DNA from: Candidatus Bathyarchaeota archaeon | GTDB lineage: Archaea > Thermoproteota > Bathyarchaeia > Bathyarchaeales > Bathycorpusculaceae | Assembly (NCBI GenBank): GCA_963717465.1 | Contig: OY970340.1 | Location: forward strand, 2,560,001 to 2,624,000 | DNA: 64,000 nt | Direction of reading: 5' to 3' | Shown: in pieces, positions 37,730-49,215 of the stretch | How the letters are laid out: each line of letters begins with the position of its first letter | Position numbering within the stretch: position 1 is the first letter of the stretch | Made by a program: the position numbers and the translations under genes | The notes under the pieces: generated by a model | What the model saw: the letters and a program-made list of their open reading frames with translations, nothing else | Database searches by the model: none | Told to the model about the DNA's origin: nothing

Positions 37730-38854
37730 ATGCGAATGCTTTTTGTGTCTTCTGAAAAGTCTTCAGACACGACTGCCTATAATCATAGAATATTCAATCT
37801 CGAAAAGCACTGTAGAGAAGAAGGAGCCAAAACGGAACACATTTACTTAGGCGACATGTTTTTCCATTCCCCAGTCTTTATTCAGGTTCTTAATACTCCA
37901 TTTATTCTAAAAAAACTAGCAAACTTTGACGTTATACATGCAGGAGGAAACGGGGCAGCCTATTTCTTTGCTATTGCCAAACCATTCATAGGAAGAAAAA
38001 CTATTGTAGTTTATGATGTGCATAGCGACGCAATCACCGAGAGTCACTTAATGATGAAAAACCGATTCGACTTAGCTGGATTTTTTGCAAAATTTCAGAT
38101 GACATTCATGGAAATCATTGCAACGCAACGCATTAATTATTTTGCAGCTTCCTCCCATGAAATAAAAAAAAGACTGATCAAAAGAGCCAATCAAATTGAG
38201 TCTGATAACATTGAGGTAATCATAAACGGAGTAGACTTACGAGAATTCAAGCCTCAAGAAAATAGTTCATCCATTAATTCGCACTTTTTTACTGTAACTT
38301 ACGCAGGATCATTTGGGCCAATAGAAGCAGTCGATAACTTGATTCGCGCAGCAGAAATACTGAAAGATGAAAACATCTGCTTTAAGTTAATTGGTTTTAG
38401 AAAAACAGATCAACGCATGAAAAACGAAATTAAGACTAAACTAGGCAATAGAGCATTGCTGATTGATTGGCTGCCTAGAAATGACCTTATAGCTGAACTT
38501 CAAAAATCGGATGTTTTAGTAATTCCAGCTGATGCAAGCAATTATCTTCAATCTCAAAATAGATCTGCAGTGTACGTAACGAAATTCGCTGAATTTTTAG
38601 CCACTGGAAAACCTGTCATAATAACAAGAATTGACTTGCCTTCGATGATAATTGAAAACTTTGATTGCGGTTTTGTTTGTGAACCAACAGCTGATTCTAT
38701 TGCAGAAACCATACGCAAGGCAAAAAATTGTCCTGCAGATTTACTCAGCATGAAAGGCAGAAACGGTAGGCAATTTGCCGAAAGAGAACTTGACCAAAAA
38801 TTAATTTGCAAAAAATACTTGGAGTTTCTGAATGCAATTTCAAAAAAGGATTAA
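37730..38854 (+). CDS. GT4 glycosyltransferase
   Basis: IINGVD, YAGSFG, TKFAEFLATGKPVI; ATG 37730 preferred. Confidence 0.85.
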   Translation: MRMLFVSSEKSSDTTAYNHRIFNLEKHCREEGAKTEHIYLGDMFFHSPVFIQVLNTPFILKKLANFDVIHAGGNGAAYFFAIAKPFIGRKTIVVYDVHSDAITESHLMMKNRFDLAGFFAKFQMTFMEIIATQRINYFAASSHEIKKRLIKRANQIESDNIEVIINGVDLREFKPQENSSSINSHFFTVTYAGSFGPIEAVDNLIRAAEILKDENICFKLIGFRKTDQRMKNEIKTKLGNRALLIDWLPRNDLIAELQKSDVLVIPADASNYLQSQNRSAVYVTKFAEFLATGKPVIITRIDLPSMIIENFDCGFVCEPTADSIAETIRKAKNCPADLLSMKGRNGRQFAERELDQKLICKKYLEFLNAISKKD

Positions 38855-38930
38855 AAACTGATTTTTTGTTCGATCAGTCTTGAATTTCAGCAGCTTCTTT
38901 TAGAAGGCGACTCAACTGAACAAGAGCATA

Positions 38931-41066
38931 TTGATCGTACCCGCGATTACTTTATTGCTAATAACTTCAATTATACTCAACAACCCTATTTTCAGGAACA
39001 TTATAGTTTTCGTATATTTGTCATTTGTCCCTGGTTTCGTTATTCTTAAAATATTTAAACTTGAAACACTTAGCCTCCTTAGCACTATTCTGATGTCAAT
39101 TGGCTTAAGCTTAGTTGCTTCTATGCTTGTCGGGTTAGCTATTAACGAGCTTTATCTTGCTTTAGGGCTTTCGCAGCCGTTATCAATAGTCCCTGTTACA
39201 GCAGGTATATCGATTTTCACTTTAATAATGTTCCTTGTAGCTTACCGAAAAGACTTTTCAATAAATTTCGCAAACATCAATGATACCTTAACGATAGGTA
39301 GATATTGGCCATTAATTATTGCCTTAGCTATTCTCCCAATCCTTAGTGTTTTGGGTGCTGTTTTTGCGAATGTTTCAATAATGATTATTGTAAGTCTTGC
39401 AATAGCTTTTTTGGCCATAGCGAGTGCTGCATCTAGGAAGTTTATCCCAACCAAGTTTTACCCATTGGTTATTTTTTCCATTTCGCTGTCTATTTTATTA
39501 TTAAACGTGCTGATCTCAAGGTATATAATCGGCGACGATGCTAGCTTAGAATTTTATGTTTTTAAGATTACTCAAATCAGGGGTTTTTGGGGTTCTATCG
39601 ATGCGACAACGAATGATACGCCTGTGCTTTTCTATAACTCTATGCTGTCCGTCACTGTGTTGCCAGACGTATACTCTATCCTTATGAATGTTAAAGATGA
39701 ATTACTTTTCAAGATTTTGTACCCATTTATCTTTTCTTTAGTTCCACTAGTTTTATACAAAGTGTATAAGAATGAGATTGGAAACCAAATTGCATTGTTG
39801 TCAACATTTTTCTTTGTTTTCACAGTAAATGCCTTTTTTGGGGAGCTAATAAGCGTTAACAGACAAATTGTTGGAGAATTTTTCCTCGTCCTTTCAATAC
39901 TCGTCTGGTTAGAAAAAAACTTGCCTATTAGAGAAAAGAGAATTCTTCTAGTAATTTTTGGTATAGCAATTGCTTTTTCGCATTATTCAATAGCCATAAT
40001 ATACTTAGTTTTTGTATCTGCAATAATAATCATATCTAGTTTCAGGCCAAAGCTCGATAATGTTTTTAATGCACCAACAGTTTTGTCTATTTTTGTCTTT
40101 ACAATCCTATGGTTCACATTTAGCACCGAGTCTATTATAGATCGGATCATAAGTACAATCCAAACAACATTTAGCCAATTAAATGGGTTTAAATATAATA
40201 TCGGCGCGGGAAGTGTCGGCGCTGTCACTACTATTCCACAAGTTTTCACTATAGCAAGCTGGGTGAATTTATCATTATCAGTCTTAGTAAACGTACTATT
40301 AGCAGAAGGAATACTTTCAATTATAATTCTTCACAAAACAATAAAAATATCAAATAAATTCAAATCGCTGATAATATTTGCCACAATAATTCTTACTATC
40401 GCTTTGCTTTTCCCAACTTTTGCCGAAACTTTGAATTTCACGCGTTTTTACGCAATTTCTTTGTTGTTTTTATCTCCTTGTCTAGTCATCGGTGCATTGT
40501 CTTTAGGGAAATTATTTAAAGCACTAGGAAAGAAGCTAAAATCCAGTCATCTTGCAGCATTTTCAAAGATAGGCGAAAAAGCTATCGTACTAGTTGCTAT
40601 TCTCTTGAGTGCTTACTTTTTATCTCAGTCAGGTTTCACAAATTATGTTACAGGTGGCGCTATTCATTCTCAAACATTCGACTACTATAGAATATTAAAT
40701 TCCGACGATCCCCAGGTTAGCTATCAATTTTATGGTGCAGTAATTCAAGAACAAGATGCCTGTAGCGCAAATTGGATAGGGAAATATACGAATGATTCTT
40801 TGACTGTTTACTCTTCACTAGATAATCACGCTTTGATTACTCATGCGTTGATTCCAAATAAACTTATCATTCCTTTGACTGACGAAACAAACCCAGAGGC
40901 AGGCAGCTCGGTATACTTTGACAGCTTGAATTTAGTTAAAGGAGTTTTTCCCTCATCAAATGGATTGTTAAATACTTCCCAAATCGAAACGTCTCAATTA
41001 AACAGCAGTGACTTAGTATATTCAAACGGCAACAGTGAAGTGTGGGCACCAGTAGGATCCGGCTAA
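38931..41066 (+). CDS. DUF2206-like multi-pass membrane protein (possible GT-C fold)
   Basis: Many TM helices; FVYLSFVPG, GDDASLEFY, YNSMLSVTVLP, FSHYSIA; lies in the glycosylation cluster. Confidence 0.75.
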   Translation: MIVPAITLLLITSIILNNPIFRNIIVFVYLSFVPGFVILKIFKLETLSLLSTILMSIGLSLVASMLVGLAINELYLALGLSQPLSIVPVTAGISIFTLIMFLVAYRKDFSINFANINDTLTIGRYWPLIIALAILPILSVLGAVFANVSIMIIVSLAIAFLAIASAASRKFIPTKFYPLVIFSISLSILLLNVLISRYIIGDDASLEFYVFKITQIRGFWGSIDATTNDTPVLFYNSMLSVTVLPDVYSILMNVKDELLFKILYPFIFSLVPLVLYKVYKNEIGNQIALLSTFFFVFTVNAFFGELISVNRQIVGEFFLVLSILVWLEKNLPIREKRILLVIFGIAIAFSHYSIAIIYLVFVSAIIIISSFRPKLDNVFNAPTVLSIFVFTILWFTFSTESIIDRIISTIQTTFSQLNGFKYNIGAGSVGAVTTIPQVFTIASWVNLSLSVLVNVLLAEGILSIIILHKTIKISNKFKSLIIFATIILTIALLFPTFAETLNFTRFYAISLLFLSPCLVIGALSLGKLFKALGKKLKSSHLAAFSKIGEKAIVLVAILLSAYFLSQSGFTNYVTGGAIHSQTFDYYRILNSDDPQVSYQFYGAVIQEQDACSANWIGKYTNDSLTVYSSLDNHALITHALIPNKLIIPLTDETNPEAGSSVYFDSLNLVKGVFPSSNGLLNTSQIETSQLNSSDLVYSNGNSEVWAPVGSG

Positions 41067-41132
41067 TTCTAATCACTTTAAATTTTCATTAAGAGCTTTA
41101 GGAGCAATCACTGAAAACAGGTTGAAAAATGC

Positions 41133-42027
41133 ATGATCCCGAAAGTAACTATTGGATTATGTGTAAAGAACGGCGAGAAAGTAGTCAATACAGCATTTGA
41201 AAGTATTTCAATTCAAAATTATCAACATCAATCAATGAAAGTTGTGATCGTCGATGACGGAAGCGCTGACAGAACGTTATCATTAGCTTTAGATTTCTCT
41301 AAAAAAACGGATATACAGACTTTCGTAACTACCAACAAAAATCCTGGTCTTGGCAACGCTAGACAAATCGTTGTTGAAAACACAGAGGGCGACTACATTT
41401 TGTGGATCGATGATGACCTGGTGCTAACACAAGATTACCTTAAAAGTCAAGTAACATTTATGGAAAACGACGCAAAAGTAGCTGTTGCTAAAGGCCGCGA
41501 AAGAGTGACTCTTGAGTTAGCTGAAATTGACATGTTCAATTTCGTAAATTTGATGCCTCCCAAGAAGCCATTAAAACAAATTGGCATGGGTGGCAGCATC
41601 TGTTCGTCTTAAGCCTCTGAAAGAAATTAATGGTTTTGACGTTAGGATAAAAGGAGCAGGGGAAGATATTGATATTTCAAGAAGAATTAGCGCTTCTGGC
41701 TGGACTTTAGAGATTAATCCATTGGTGCAATTTCATCAAAGGGGTAGACCGGGAACTTTCATGGCTTTATGGAAAAGAAATTTTGGTTATGGATATGGGA
41801 ATCACTATCTTTTCCATAAATTCAAAGATTTAAAAATTATTATGGGATACTTTCTTCCTTACGCTTTAGTGGGTAGCATAAAAATGTCAAATAAAATTTA
41901 CCAAATTACAAAATGTAAAAAAGTGTTCGTCTTCTCGTTAATGCTTCAGTTTAGCAAAATCGCTGAAGCTATCGGTTTCGCCTCTGCCCACATAAATCAT
42001 TACGGTCATTTAATAGACTCTTATTAA
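41133..42027 (+). CDS. GT2 glycosyltransferase (frameshift near 41604)
   Basis: VVIVDDGSADRT, GLGNARQ, WIDDD in the first ORF; INGFD...GEDIDI in the second; joins on removing one base. Confidence 0.85.
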
Positions 42028-42100
42028 TGTCATCGTTAAGTTTTTGAAGTGTCTTTTCTAATTCGCTTTCTAAATTTATTTTGTTTGCAAGGTCAAAAAA

Positions 42101-43183
42101 ATGATTAAAGTCTTGCTATTTGTTAATTGGCCGGTTTACACTGTCAAAAGGTTTGAAGATACTCTTAGAAATCCTGATCAAGTTATTTTTGGTGAGCGCT
42201 ATTGGTTTTCTAAATATTGGCCAAATAATGTCAAGGTAAATGTGTTAGGCATACAACAGGGAATTCTCTTCGACATAATTGAGAGAGTCACACGGATTCA
42301 CCTTCAACCTTTAGAAACCTTGGCTCAAATAAAGAATCATGATCTTATCTTAACTTATGATTCTACAAGTGCTTTTCAATTGGCTTTGCTTAGGTCAAAG
42401 TTTGGATTCTGCAAGTCGATTCCTAATATAATGATTGATGTTGGAATGCCTAGAGCTGTTGAGCAGATTTATGAAAATGTTCCTCCTAAGCTATTGTGTG
42501 CATTATTAAAGCAAACTTTTAATCCGAAAAGTGTTTCCCACATTATTTTTCATTCATCATGCCAGCGATCATTTTATAGAGATATCCTTGGTTTTTCAGA
42601 AAATATGTTATCATACGTTCCTTTCGGTGTTGAAACAGAATACTTCAAACCAAAATTGGATGAAACTGAGGATTACATATTTGCCTCAGGGGAGTTTCGT
42701 GATTTTGAAACTCTTCTAAGATTATACGAAAAAAAACATTATTGTTTACCTGAATTGAGAATCCGCAGCGCACTTTCTCCTCCAAAGCTTCTTCCACCAA
42801 AAGTTAAGTGGCTACCAAGAGCTCCAATCTCAACCTTTAAGAATGAAGCTCTAAGATCAAGATTTGTAATAGTGCCTTTGCACTTAACAATCAGATCAAC
42901 TGGTGTTATGTCTTGCCTTCAATCAATGGCTTTGGGAAAAACCGTTCTTACCTCCAGGGTTCCTCCGATAGAGGGATATGTAATAAACGGAAAAACTGCT
43001 CTTTACTATGAACCCTATAATCAAACGGACCTGTTCAATAAAATAACTTTTCTCTTAGAACAGGACAAACTAGTTAGAGAGATAGGAATGAATGCGAGAC
43101 TATCCGTCGAAAAAGATTTCACCGTAAAGAATTTCGGAACAAGACTCTGGAATTGCATTGCAAACGTGCTAGAAAACAATTAA
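42101..43183 (+). CDS. GT4 glycosyltransferase
   Basis: VPFGVETEYF, FVIVPL...GVMSCLQSMALGKTVL. Confidence 0.85.
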   Translation: MIKVLLFVNWPVYTVKRFEDTLRNPDQVIFGERYWFSKYWPNNVKVNVLGIQQGILFDIIERVTRIHLQPLETLAQIKNHDLILTYDSTSAFQLALLRSKFGFCKSIPNIMIDVGMPRAVEQIYENVPPKLLCALLKQTFNPKSVSHIIFHSSCQRSFYRDILGFSENMLSYVPFGVETEYFKPKLDETEDYIFASGEFRDFETLLRLYEKKHYCLPELRIRSALSPPKLLPPKVKWLPRAPISTFKNEALRSRFVIVPLHLTIRSTGVMSCLQSMALGKTVLTSRVPPIEGYVINGKTALYYEPYNQTDLFNKITFLLEQDKLVREIGMNARLSVEKDFTVKNFGTRLWNCIANVLENN

Positions 43184-43281
43184 GTACGATTAAACTAAAC
43201 GACTTCAATTATCAATTTACACGCAATTTGATAAACCAAATTGTTTTTAGCAGCTCTAACGGGTTGCCAGGAGAACCCTAA

Positions 43282-44457
43282 ATGAAGGTTTGTTTTGTGA
43301 CGAGTATTTATCCTCCAAATCATTATGGTGGACCTGGAGAAGTCGTATCAAATCTTCAAAAATATTTTCTAAGTAATGGGATAGACTCATACGTTCTTAC
43401 CTGCGGGAGTGAAGATGGAAATTATCCCAAAACCTTTCGCAGCCTTGGTGGAAAACGCTTATTTCCCATAACAAGTCTACCTAAGTATCTTGGAAAAATT
43501 CGAAAGTTTAATTTTGATATTATCAGTCTCCATGGGGAAAGTGGAATGGGTATAGCCCCATTCCTTTTTCTAAATAAAAATTCCAAAGTAGTAACGACGC
43601 TACACACTGAATACTTAGCTGAAAGCCAAGCGACGAAAAATCAAGCCGTTAAGGGATTGGCAACTACTGCACTCAGCACTGAAGAGTTGCTAGTTAAGTA
43701 TTTTTTTACCCCATTAAAACTGATTGGTACGTACTTAGACATTTCTGTATCTGACAGAATCATTGCTGTTTCCAATCAAACTAAAAAGAACTATTTGCGC
43801 CAACACAACATGCATGGAAACAAGATTACTGTTATTCCCAATGGCGTTAATTGCGAAAAATTCAACCCTAATATTCCTGGAGACACAGTGAGAGAAAAAT
43901 ACAACATTGGCAACTCCTTTCTCGTCCTTCTCGTAGGTGGAGAATTAATTTTGAAAGGGATACCATTTGCACTTTCTGCAATTAATGAAGTTAAAAAAGT
44001 TATTCCTTCGGCAAAATTAATGATTGTCGGAATGAACTCCAAAAACAAAGCACGTATCGCTAGTACCATTAAAACCTTGAATAATCAGAAGGACGTTATT
44101 TTGGTAAATCGTATTCCAAATGAGCAGATGGCTTTATTTTATGCGGCTTCGGACATTGTGATTCTCCCCTCATTTTTCGAAAACTTTCCAGTTTCATTGT
44201 TGGAAGCAATGGCGTGTGCAAAGCCAATCGTCGCCTCTCAGGTTGGAGGAATACCCGAACTCGTCAAGAATTACGAAAATGGAATGTTAGTTGAGAGTGG
44301 TGATTTAAGCGAATGGACTAAAGCGATCATCTACCTCTTTCAAAATCCTTCCGAACGCAGGAGAATGGGTGAAAAGGGTAGAAAGACGGTTGAGGACAAA
44401 TATGACTGGAAAATAATAGGCAGCGCATACCTGAAAGAGTTCGAAAATTTAATTTAG
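43282..44457 (+). CDS. GT4 glycosyltransferase
   Basis: YPPNHYGG, VIPNGVN, ENFPVSLLEAMACAKPIVASQVGGIPE. Confidence 0.9.
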   Translation: MKVCFVTSIYPPNHYGGPGEVVSNLQKYFLSNGIDSYVLTCGSEDGNYPKTFRSLGGKRLFPITSLPKYLGKIRKFNFDIISLHGESGMGIAPFLFLNKNSKVVTTLHTEYLAESQATKNQAVKGLATTALSTEELLVKYFFTPLKLIGTYLDISVSDRIIAVSNQTKKNYLRQHNMHGNKITVIPNGVNCEKFNPNIPGDTVREKYNIGNSFLVLLVGGELILKGIPFALSAINEVKKVIPSAKLMIVGMNSKNKARIASTIKTLNNQKDVILVNRIPNEQMALFYAASDIVILPSFFENFPVSLLEAMACAKPIVASQVGGIPELVKNYENGMLVESGDLSEWTKAIIYLFQNPSERRRMGEKGRKTVEDKYDWKIIGSAYLKEFENLI

Positions 44458-44565
44458 ATACGTTAATGATTTTGTCGCAATACAGTTTTACGTTCGTGTG
44501 TTAGATATCTTATCACCAAAGTGCTGATTAAAAAGTTAGTTTTTAGCAGGGTGGGAGAACCAGTT

Positions 44566-46035
44566 TTAGTTATTTAAAACGTTATTATTGGGATTGTTAG
44601 CATCATAAATGTTGTAATCAACGAGATTCGAAAAAGTATTTCCTGTATATACGTTACCTATTGAAGAAGCCCATGAGGGTAGCATTATGCCAACTAGTTG
44701 GGTTCTGCAAGAGCCTGATCTATCATCGCTTACAAAGTTCGCCGTAATACTGTTGTAATCTCCACAAATAAGTATGCCTGATTGCTCGTTAATATCTCCA
44801 ACATTTACCAATCCGTTATCAATAACGTAGTTTTCTATAACGTTATTATTGGTGCTGCCTGCTGCGATTTCTATTCCCCAACAATCACTTTGTGAAATGT
44901 GGTTTCCATTAATAATGTTGAAACTTCCGTTATCATCCAAGCAAATGCCAGCTGTGTTATAAGAAGCATTGGAACGAATTACTTTGGAAATCGTATTATT
45001 ATTCAAAGCATTAAATGATGAACCTACTTCTATTCCGTCGAAGCGGCTGTTTGTGATGTAATTGTTCAAAAGGTTGTTATTGTTGTAAGGTTCTGGAATA
45101 CCACTTGTGTTAATCACTATTCCGTCATTAGTGCTATTGATTTGGTTGTTGCATATTAGTGCTCCATAGCCATATGAAGCGCCATCACCCTCAACTGCAA
45201 TTCCGTATTCTGCGTTGCCGCCAATCCCCGTAGTTCCATTCAAGTCGTGGATATAGTTGGCTGCAATCGTTGAGTTGGCTTCATAAGTGCTTATTCCCAC
45301 ATCGCTGCAGCCGTAAATGTTATCGTTTATTGCATAATCACTTGAATATCCACTTAGTTGCACGCCATTTGCGCCGCAATTATAAATTGTGCTGTATATA
45401 ACGCCACTTCTTGTTGAGTTTACGGTGGTTGCGATTGCCCATGTACTTATTGTTACTCCGAAAACACGAACATCATAAACAGTGGCATTTTGCACCAAAT
45501 CGTTTGAGCCGGCAATCCAAATGCCTGATGGCGAACCGTCTAAAGAGGGGTTATTTGCTGCATTTCCATCAAGCGTAACACCGCTTATTACATCGTTATT
45601 GCTATTACTTAATTCTAAAACGCTTGCATTAAGGCCATTTGCGGCCAGAAGTTTTGTACCACTTTCAAAGTTTAAGAATACATTGTCAACATTTTGTATG
45701 ATCCAAGTTGATTGCACCAAATAGATTCCGCTTGTAACATCAATGCTGTAGCCAGCTGAGCAATTTCCTATGACATTACTAAACACTTGATAAGAAGACT
45801 CGCTTTGGAACAATACTTGCCCCGTTGTTCCGTTTACCATTTGGTAGTTTGAGCCAGAAACATTTATGACATAGTTGAAAGACTGCGGGATTGTTTGCTG
45901 CACGACCCTAAAGGATGAGATTGGAATATTTGATTCTGCTGTCGCATACGAAGGGCTTAATAGTAGAGTCACTATGCATAAGGCGCCTACCATTAAGCAA
46001 ATTTTAGTATTCAATCGGCTAAATCCTCTTGGCAA
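44566..46035 (-). CDS. Secreted right-handed parallel beta-helix (pectin-lyase-like) protein
   Basis: Signal peptide; repeated Asn-ladder units (GIxI...NNxIxNNxI). Confidence 0.8.
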   Translation of the reverse strand: MPRGFSRLNTKICLMVGALCIVTLLLSPSYATAESNIPISSFRVVQQTIPQSFNYVINVSGSNYQMVNGTTGQVLFQSESSYQVFSNVIGNCSAGYSIDVTSGIYLVQSTWIIQNVDNVFLNFESGTKLLAANGLNASVLELSNSNNDVISGVTLDGNAANNPSLDGSPSGIWIAGSNDLVQNATVYDVRVFGVTISTWAIATTVNSTRSGVIYSTIYNCGANGVQLSGYSSDYAINDNIYGCSDVGISTYEANSTIAANYIHDLNGTTGIGGNAEYGIAVEGDGASYGYGALICNNQINSTNDGIVINTSGIPEPYNNNNLLNNYITNSRFDGIEVGSSFNALNNNTISKVIRSNASYNTAGICLDDNGSFNIINGNHISQSDCWGIEIAAGSTNNNVIENYVIDNGLVNVGDINEQSGILICGDYNSITANFVSDDRSGSCRTQLVGIMLPSWASSIGNVYTGNTFSNLVDYNIYDANNPNNNVLNN

Positions 46036-46242
46036 TCGGTGTCGTATGCAACATTTCAGGTTATCTTTTTTATTGCTATTAATACTTACTACTTAAGACT
46101 TCCCATGCCCGTGTCCAACACAAATACATTAACAAACAACATAGCCAAATTACCCAAAATCAAACCATAGCAAATTATTCGCCAGGGAGCAACTGTCTGG
46201 TTTTTCTAAAGAGGAAATGCGGCGCTTCGGGAGCAAAATCAA

Positions 46243-46857
46243 ATGGACCTTCAAAAGTATAAAGTTGTACTCGTAACCATCATTCTCATAGTTGCATTGT
46301 TTGTTTCTTCTTCTGCGTTGGAGATGATTTTAGCATATCCCTCAGCGCAATCAGCTTCATTCACTGAACTTTGGCTTTTAGGTCCAGAGCACAAAGCAGA
46401 AAATTACCCTTACGATATTACATTGAATGAGAACTATTCAGTGTACTTAGGCATCGCTGACCAATTGGGATATTACGCTTACTATCAAGTTGAAGTTAAA
46501 TTCTGCAACCTAACTCAGCAAGCCCCAAATACTCTTAATGATTCTTCAAGCAGTCAACCGTCACTCTACAACATGAGCCTTTGCGTTCCAAACGATCAAA
46601 GCTTAGAAATACCAATAACATTCTCCTTCAACTACACTTACGACCCATTCAGCGCACAAATCAATTTTAACCAATTAACATTTAATGGTTTGCCCCTGGA
46701 CCTTGAAGGATACTCAACAACATGGAATTCACAAAGAAGCGCTTTCTATGGCATTTTATTCTTTGAACTATGGATATACAACAGCACCACAGGCACCTTC
46801 CAGTATAACGACCGCTACGTCAGCATACAACTTAACATGACGGAGACGGAGGAATAG
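46243..46857 (+). CDS. DUF1616-like membrane-anchored protein
   Basis: N-terminal TM, FTELWLLGP...AENYP motif. Confidence 0.75.
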   Translation: MDLQKYKVVLVTIILIVALFVSSSALEMILAYPSAQSASFTELWLLGPEHKAENYPYDITLNENYSVYLGIADQLGYYAYYQVEVKFCNLTQQAPNTLNDSSSSQPSLYNMSLCVPNDQSLEIPITFSFNYTYDPFSAQINFNQLTFNGLPLDLEGYSTTWNSQRSAFYGILFFELWIYNSTTGTFQYNDRYVSIQLNMTETEE

Positions 46858-47040
46858 CAATAACAAAATAGAAACTTCCTTACCGTGTTGAATGCTTTTT
46901 TTGATTTTCAACGTTTTATATTTTTAAAAATTGCTCGATCATTCTTGAAAAATAACTTTGAGTTTAAACTTTGTTTAATCCACTGTTTTTAAGAAGTTAG
47001 TAACTTTCTCGCGTATTTCATTGTCTTGGCAGACCATGTT

Positions 47041-47334
47041 TTACTCGTGGATTTTTGTTTTAACACTAAAATCGGCCTCAAAGTTCCTTGGGCTAATCTG
47101 CCGCGTTTTGGCATCCGTCAGCTCAAATTTGCCGCTTAAAGCTTTAAACTGTTTCTTAAAACCGTCCACATAGTCCAATACGCCGCATCCATAACAGAAA
47201 CCGCCAGTAAACGAAATTGTTAGCGTTGATTTCGAGATAAAAACGAGCTTAGCAGTGACTTGAGGGCTTTTTAGCCTATTAAATAGTAGGATTGCTTTGC
47301 GAACAATGCTCTCTAGCTCTGTATCTGATTGCAT
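47041..47334 (-). CDS. Hypothetical protein with CxxC
   Basis: FTGGFCYGCGVLDY; follows pyrK. Confidence 0.7.
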   Translation of the reverse strand: MQSDTELESIVRKAILLFNRLKSPQVTAKLVFISKSTLTISFTGGFCYGCGVLDYVDGFKKQFKALSGKFELTDAKTRQISPRNFEADFSVKTKIHE

Positions 47335-47352
47335 GATTGCTTGATCACAAGA

Positions 47353-48180
47353 CTATACGGGGATTCTGCTGCCGTCAAAGCTGAGTTTGGACATGCCTAA
47401 TTCATCTTTGATTTCATTCAGTTGGGCAGAGGTGAAAATTGGGCCATCCCTGCAAACGCGGTATTTTCCAATCATGCAGCTTCCGCATAGACCGATTCCA
47501 CAGCGCATTAACCGTTCTAAGCTTGCTTCCATCGGCAATTTAAGATGCCGTGTGGCGTCAAAAATTTTTTTTATCATTGTTTCTGGACCGCAAGTGTATA
47601 TCATGTCAAATTTTTCTTGCCGCAATAATTCGGTGACAGGTTCGGTTACTAAGCATTGCAATCCATAGGTTCCGTCTTCTGTGGCGGTTACAAGGCTTTT
47701 TGTAGAGCACACTCCGTTAAGCTCATCTAGAAATAAGAGTTCATCTTTGGTTTTGGCACCAACAGCAAAGTGTAAACGTTCAGTTTTCTGTGAAAGTTGT
47801 TTTGCGAGAAATAAAAGTGGTGCAGTACCTGTTCCTCCACCAATAAGAAGGACTCGACCTCGACTCTGAGTGAAACTGTTTCCAAAGGGTCCACGTATGC
47901 CCACTGTTTCGCCAGCTTGCATGTTGTGAAGATGTCTTGTTGCATCGCCTACAGCCTTGACTGATACAGAAATCAACCTATCATGGGCATCTAGAACGCT
48001 TAATGGAATTTCATCTACGCCTGGAATCCAGAGCATGATAAATTGTCCAGGTTTAGCTCTGGCACAGAGCTTGTCAGGCATAACAAACGTTTTTACTGTT
48101 GGACTTTCTGTTTCTATTCGAACTATTTGAGTCATTCTTAAAGTATTATTTGCGGTGAGATAAGTTGACATTAACATCAC
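47353..48180 (-). CDS. pyrK: Dihydroorotate dehydrogenase electron transfer subunit
   Basis: PGQFIMLW, RGPFGN, GGGTGTAP, CGP, MRCGIGLCGSC...VCRDGP. Confidence 0.92.
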   Translation of the reverse strand: MMLMSTYLTANNTLRMTQIVRIETESPTVKTFVMPDKLCARAKPGQFIMLWIPGVDEIPLSVLDAHDRLISVSVKAVGDATRHLHNMQAGETVGIRGPFGNSFTQSRGRVLLIGGGTGTAPLLFLAKQLSQKTERLHFAVGAKTKDELLFLDELNGVCSTKSLVTATEDGTYGLQCLVTEPVTELLRQEKFDMIYTCGPETMIKKIFDATRHLKLPMEASLERLMRCGIGLCGSCMIGKYRVCRDGPIFTSAQLNEIKDELGMSKLSFDGSRIPV

Positions 48181-48447
48181 TCTTTATGATACTGCATCCT
48201 TTCTTTAGGCATTCGCAAGGATAAAAAAAATTACGTTAACGTCGTAATATGCCTTTGCTTTAAGATGTTTTAATGCATGAAAGAAGTTATTTTGGGTTGA
48301 TTTCATTCTAGTCTTATTTGCGTACGATATAAAATTTTAGTTTACTTTTAAAAAGTTATAAAGTTGACTATATACAAAAGTTATAAAGAAGTTAAATACA
48401 TATTTACTATACACATTAATATTTAGTTTGTGAAAGGAGGTTGAAGA

Positions 48448-49215
48448 ATGGGAAAATTAGATAATAAAGTGTGCATTATAACTGGTGCTGGTTCTGGGAT
48501 TGGAAAGGAAATTGCGATGCTGTTTGCTGCTGAAGGCTGTAAGGTTGTCGGCACTGATATTTTTCAGGACAGGCTTGATGAGCTTAAAGCTGAAATTAAA
48601 GCGAAAGGTGGAGAAATAACAACGCTCATTTCAAATGTAGCAAAAGAAGAAGACGTAGAAAACATGATAAAAGTCGCAACAACCACTTATGGAACATTAG
48701 ATATCTTAGTAAACAATGCTGGCATCATGGATTATTTTGGCGCAGTTCATGAAGTTGATAATGCGATGTTGGAAAGACTAATGAAAATTAATTTTGAGGG
48801 CCCCTTCAAAGCAATGCGCAGTGCTATTAAAAATGTTTTTCTTCCGAAAGGCTCTGGCGTCATAGTTAATCTTGCTTCAAAGGCTGGTATTAGCGGAGGT
48901 ACAGGTGGTGCAGCATATACTGCAAGCAAATGGGCAATAGTCGGGTTAACAAAAAATACAGGATTTTTATACCGCAACTCAGGCATACGATGTAACGCAA
49001 TCGCTCCAGGCGCTGTTCAAACGAATATTGATTCAAGTATAGATCACAGTAGAGAGGGCATGTTTGTTGAAGACATCAATTATGGAGTAGCAATGAGCCC
49101 AGGAATGGCCCAACCTGACCAAATAGCAAAAGTTGCATTGTTCTTAGCGAGCGACGATTCTGCGTTCATGAATGGTCAAATTCTTCCAGTAGATGGCGGC
49201 TGGAGTGCTTATTAA
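48448..49215 (+). CDS. Short-chain dehydrogenase/reductase
   Basis: TGAGSGIG, LVNNAG, YTASK, NAIAPG, VDGG. Confidence 0.92.
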   Translation: MGKLDNKVCIITGAGSGIGKEIAMLFAAEGCKVVGTDIFQDRLDELKAEIKAKGGEITTLISNVAKEEDVENMIKVATTTYGTLDILVNNAGIMDYFGAVHEVDNAMLERLMKINFEGPFKAMRSAIKNVFLPKGSGVIVNLASKAGISGGTGGAAYTASKWAIVGLTKNTGFLYRNSGIRCNAIAPGAVQTNIDSSIDHSREGMFVEDINYGVAMSPGMAQPDQIAKVALFLASDDSAFMNGQILPVDGGWSAY

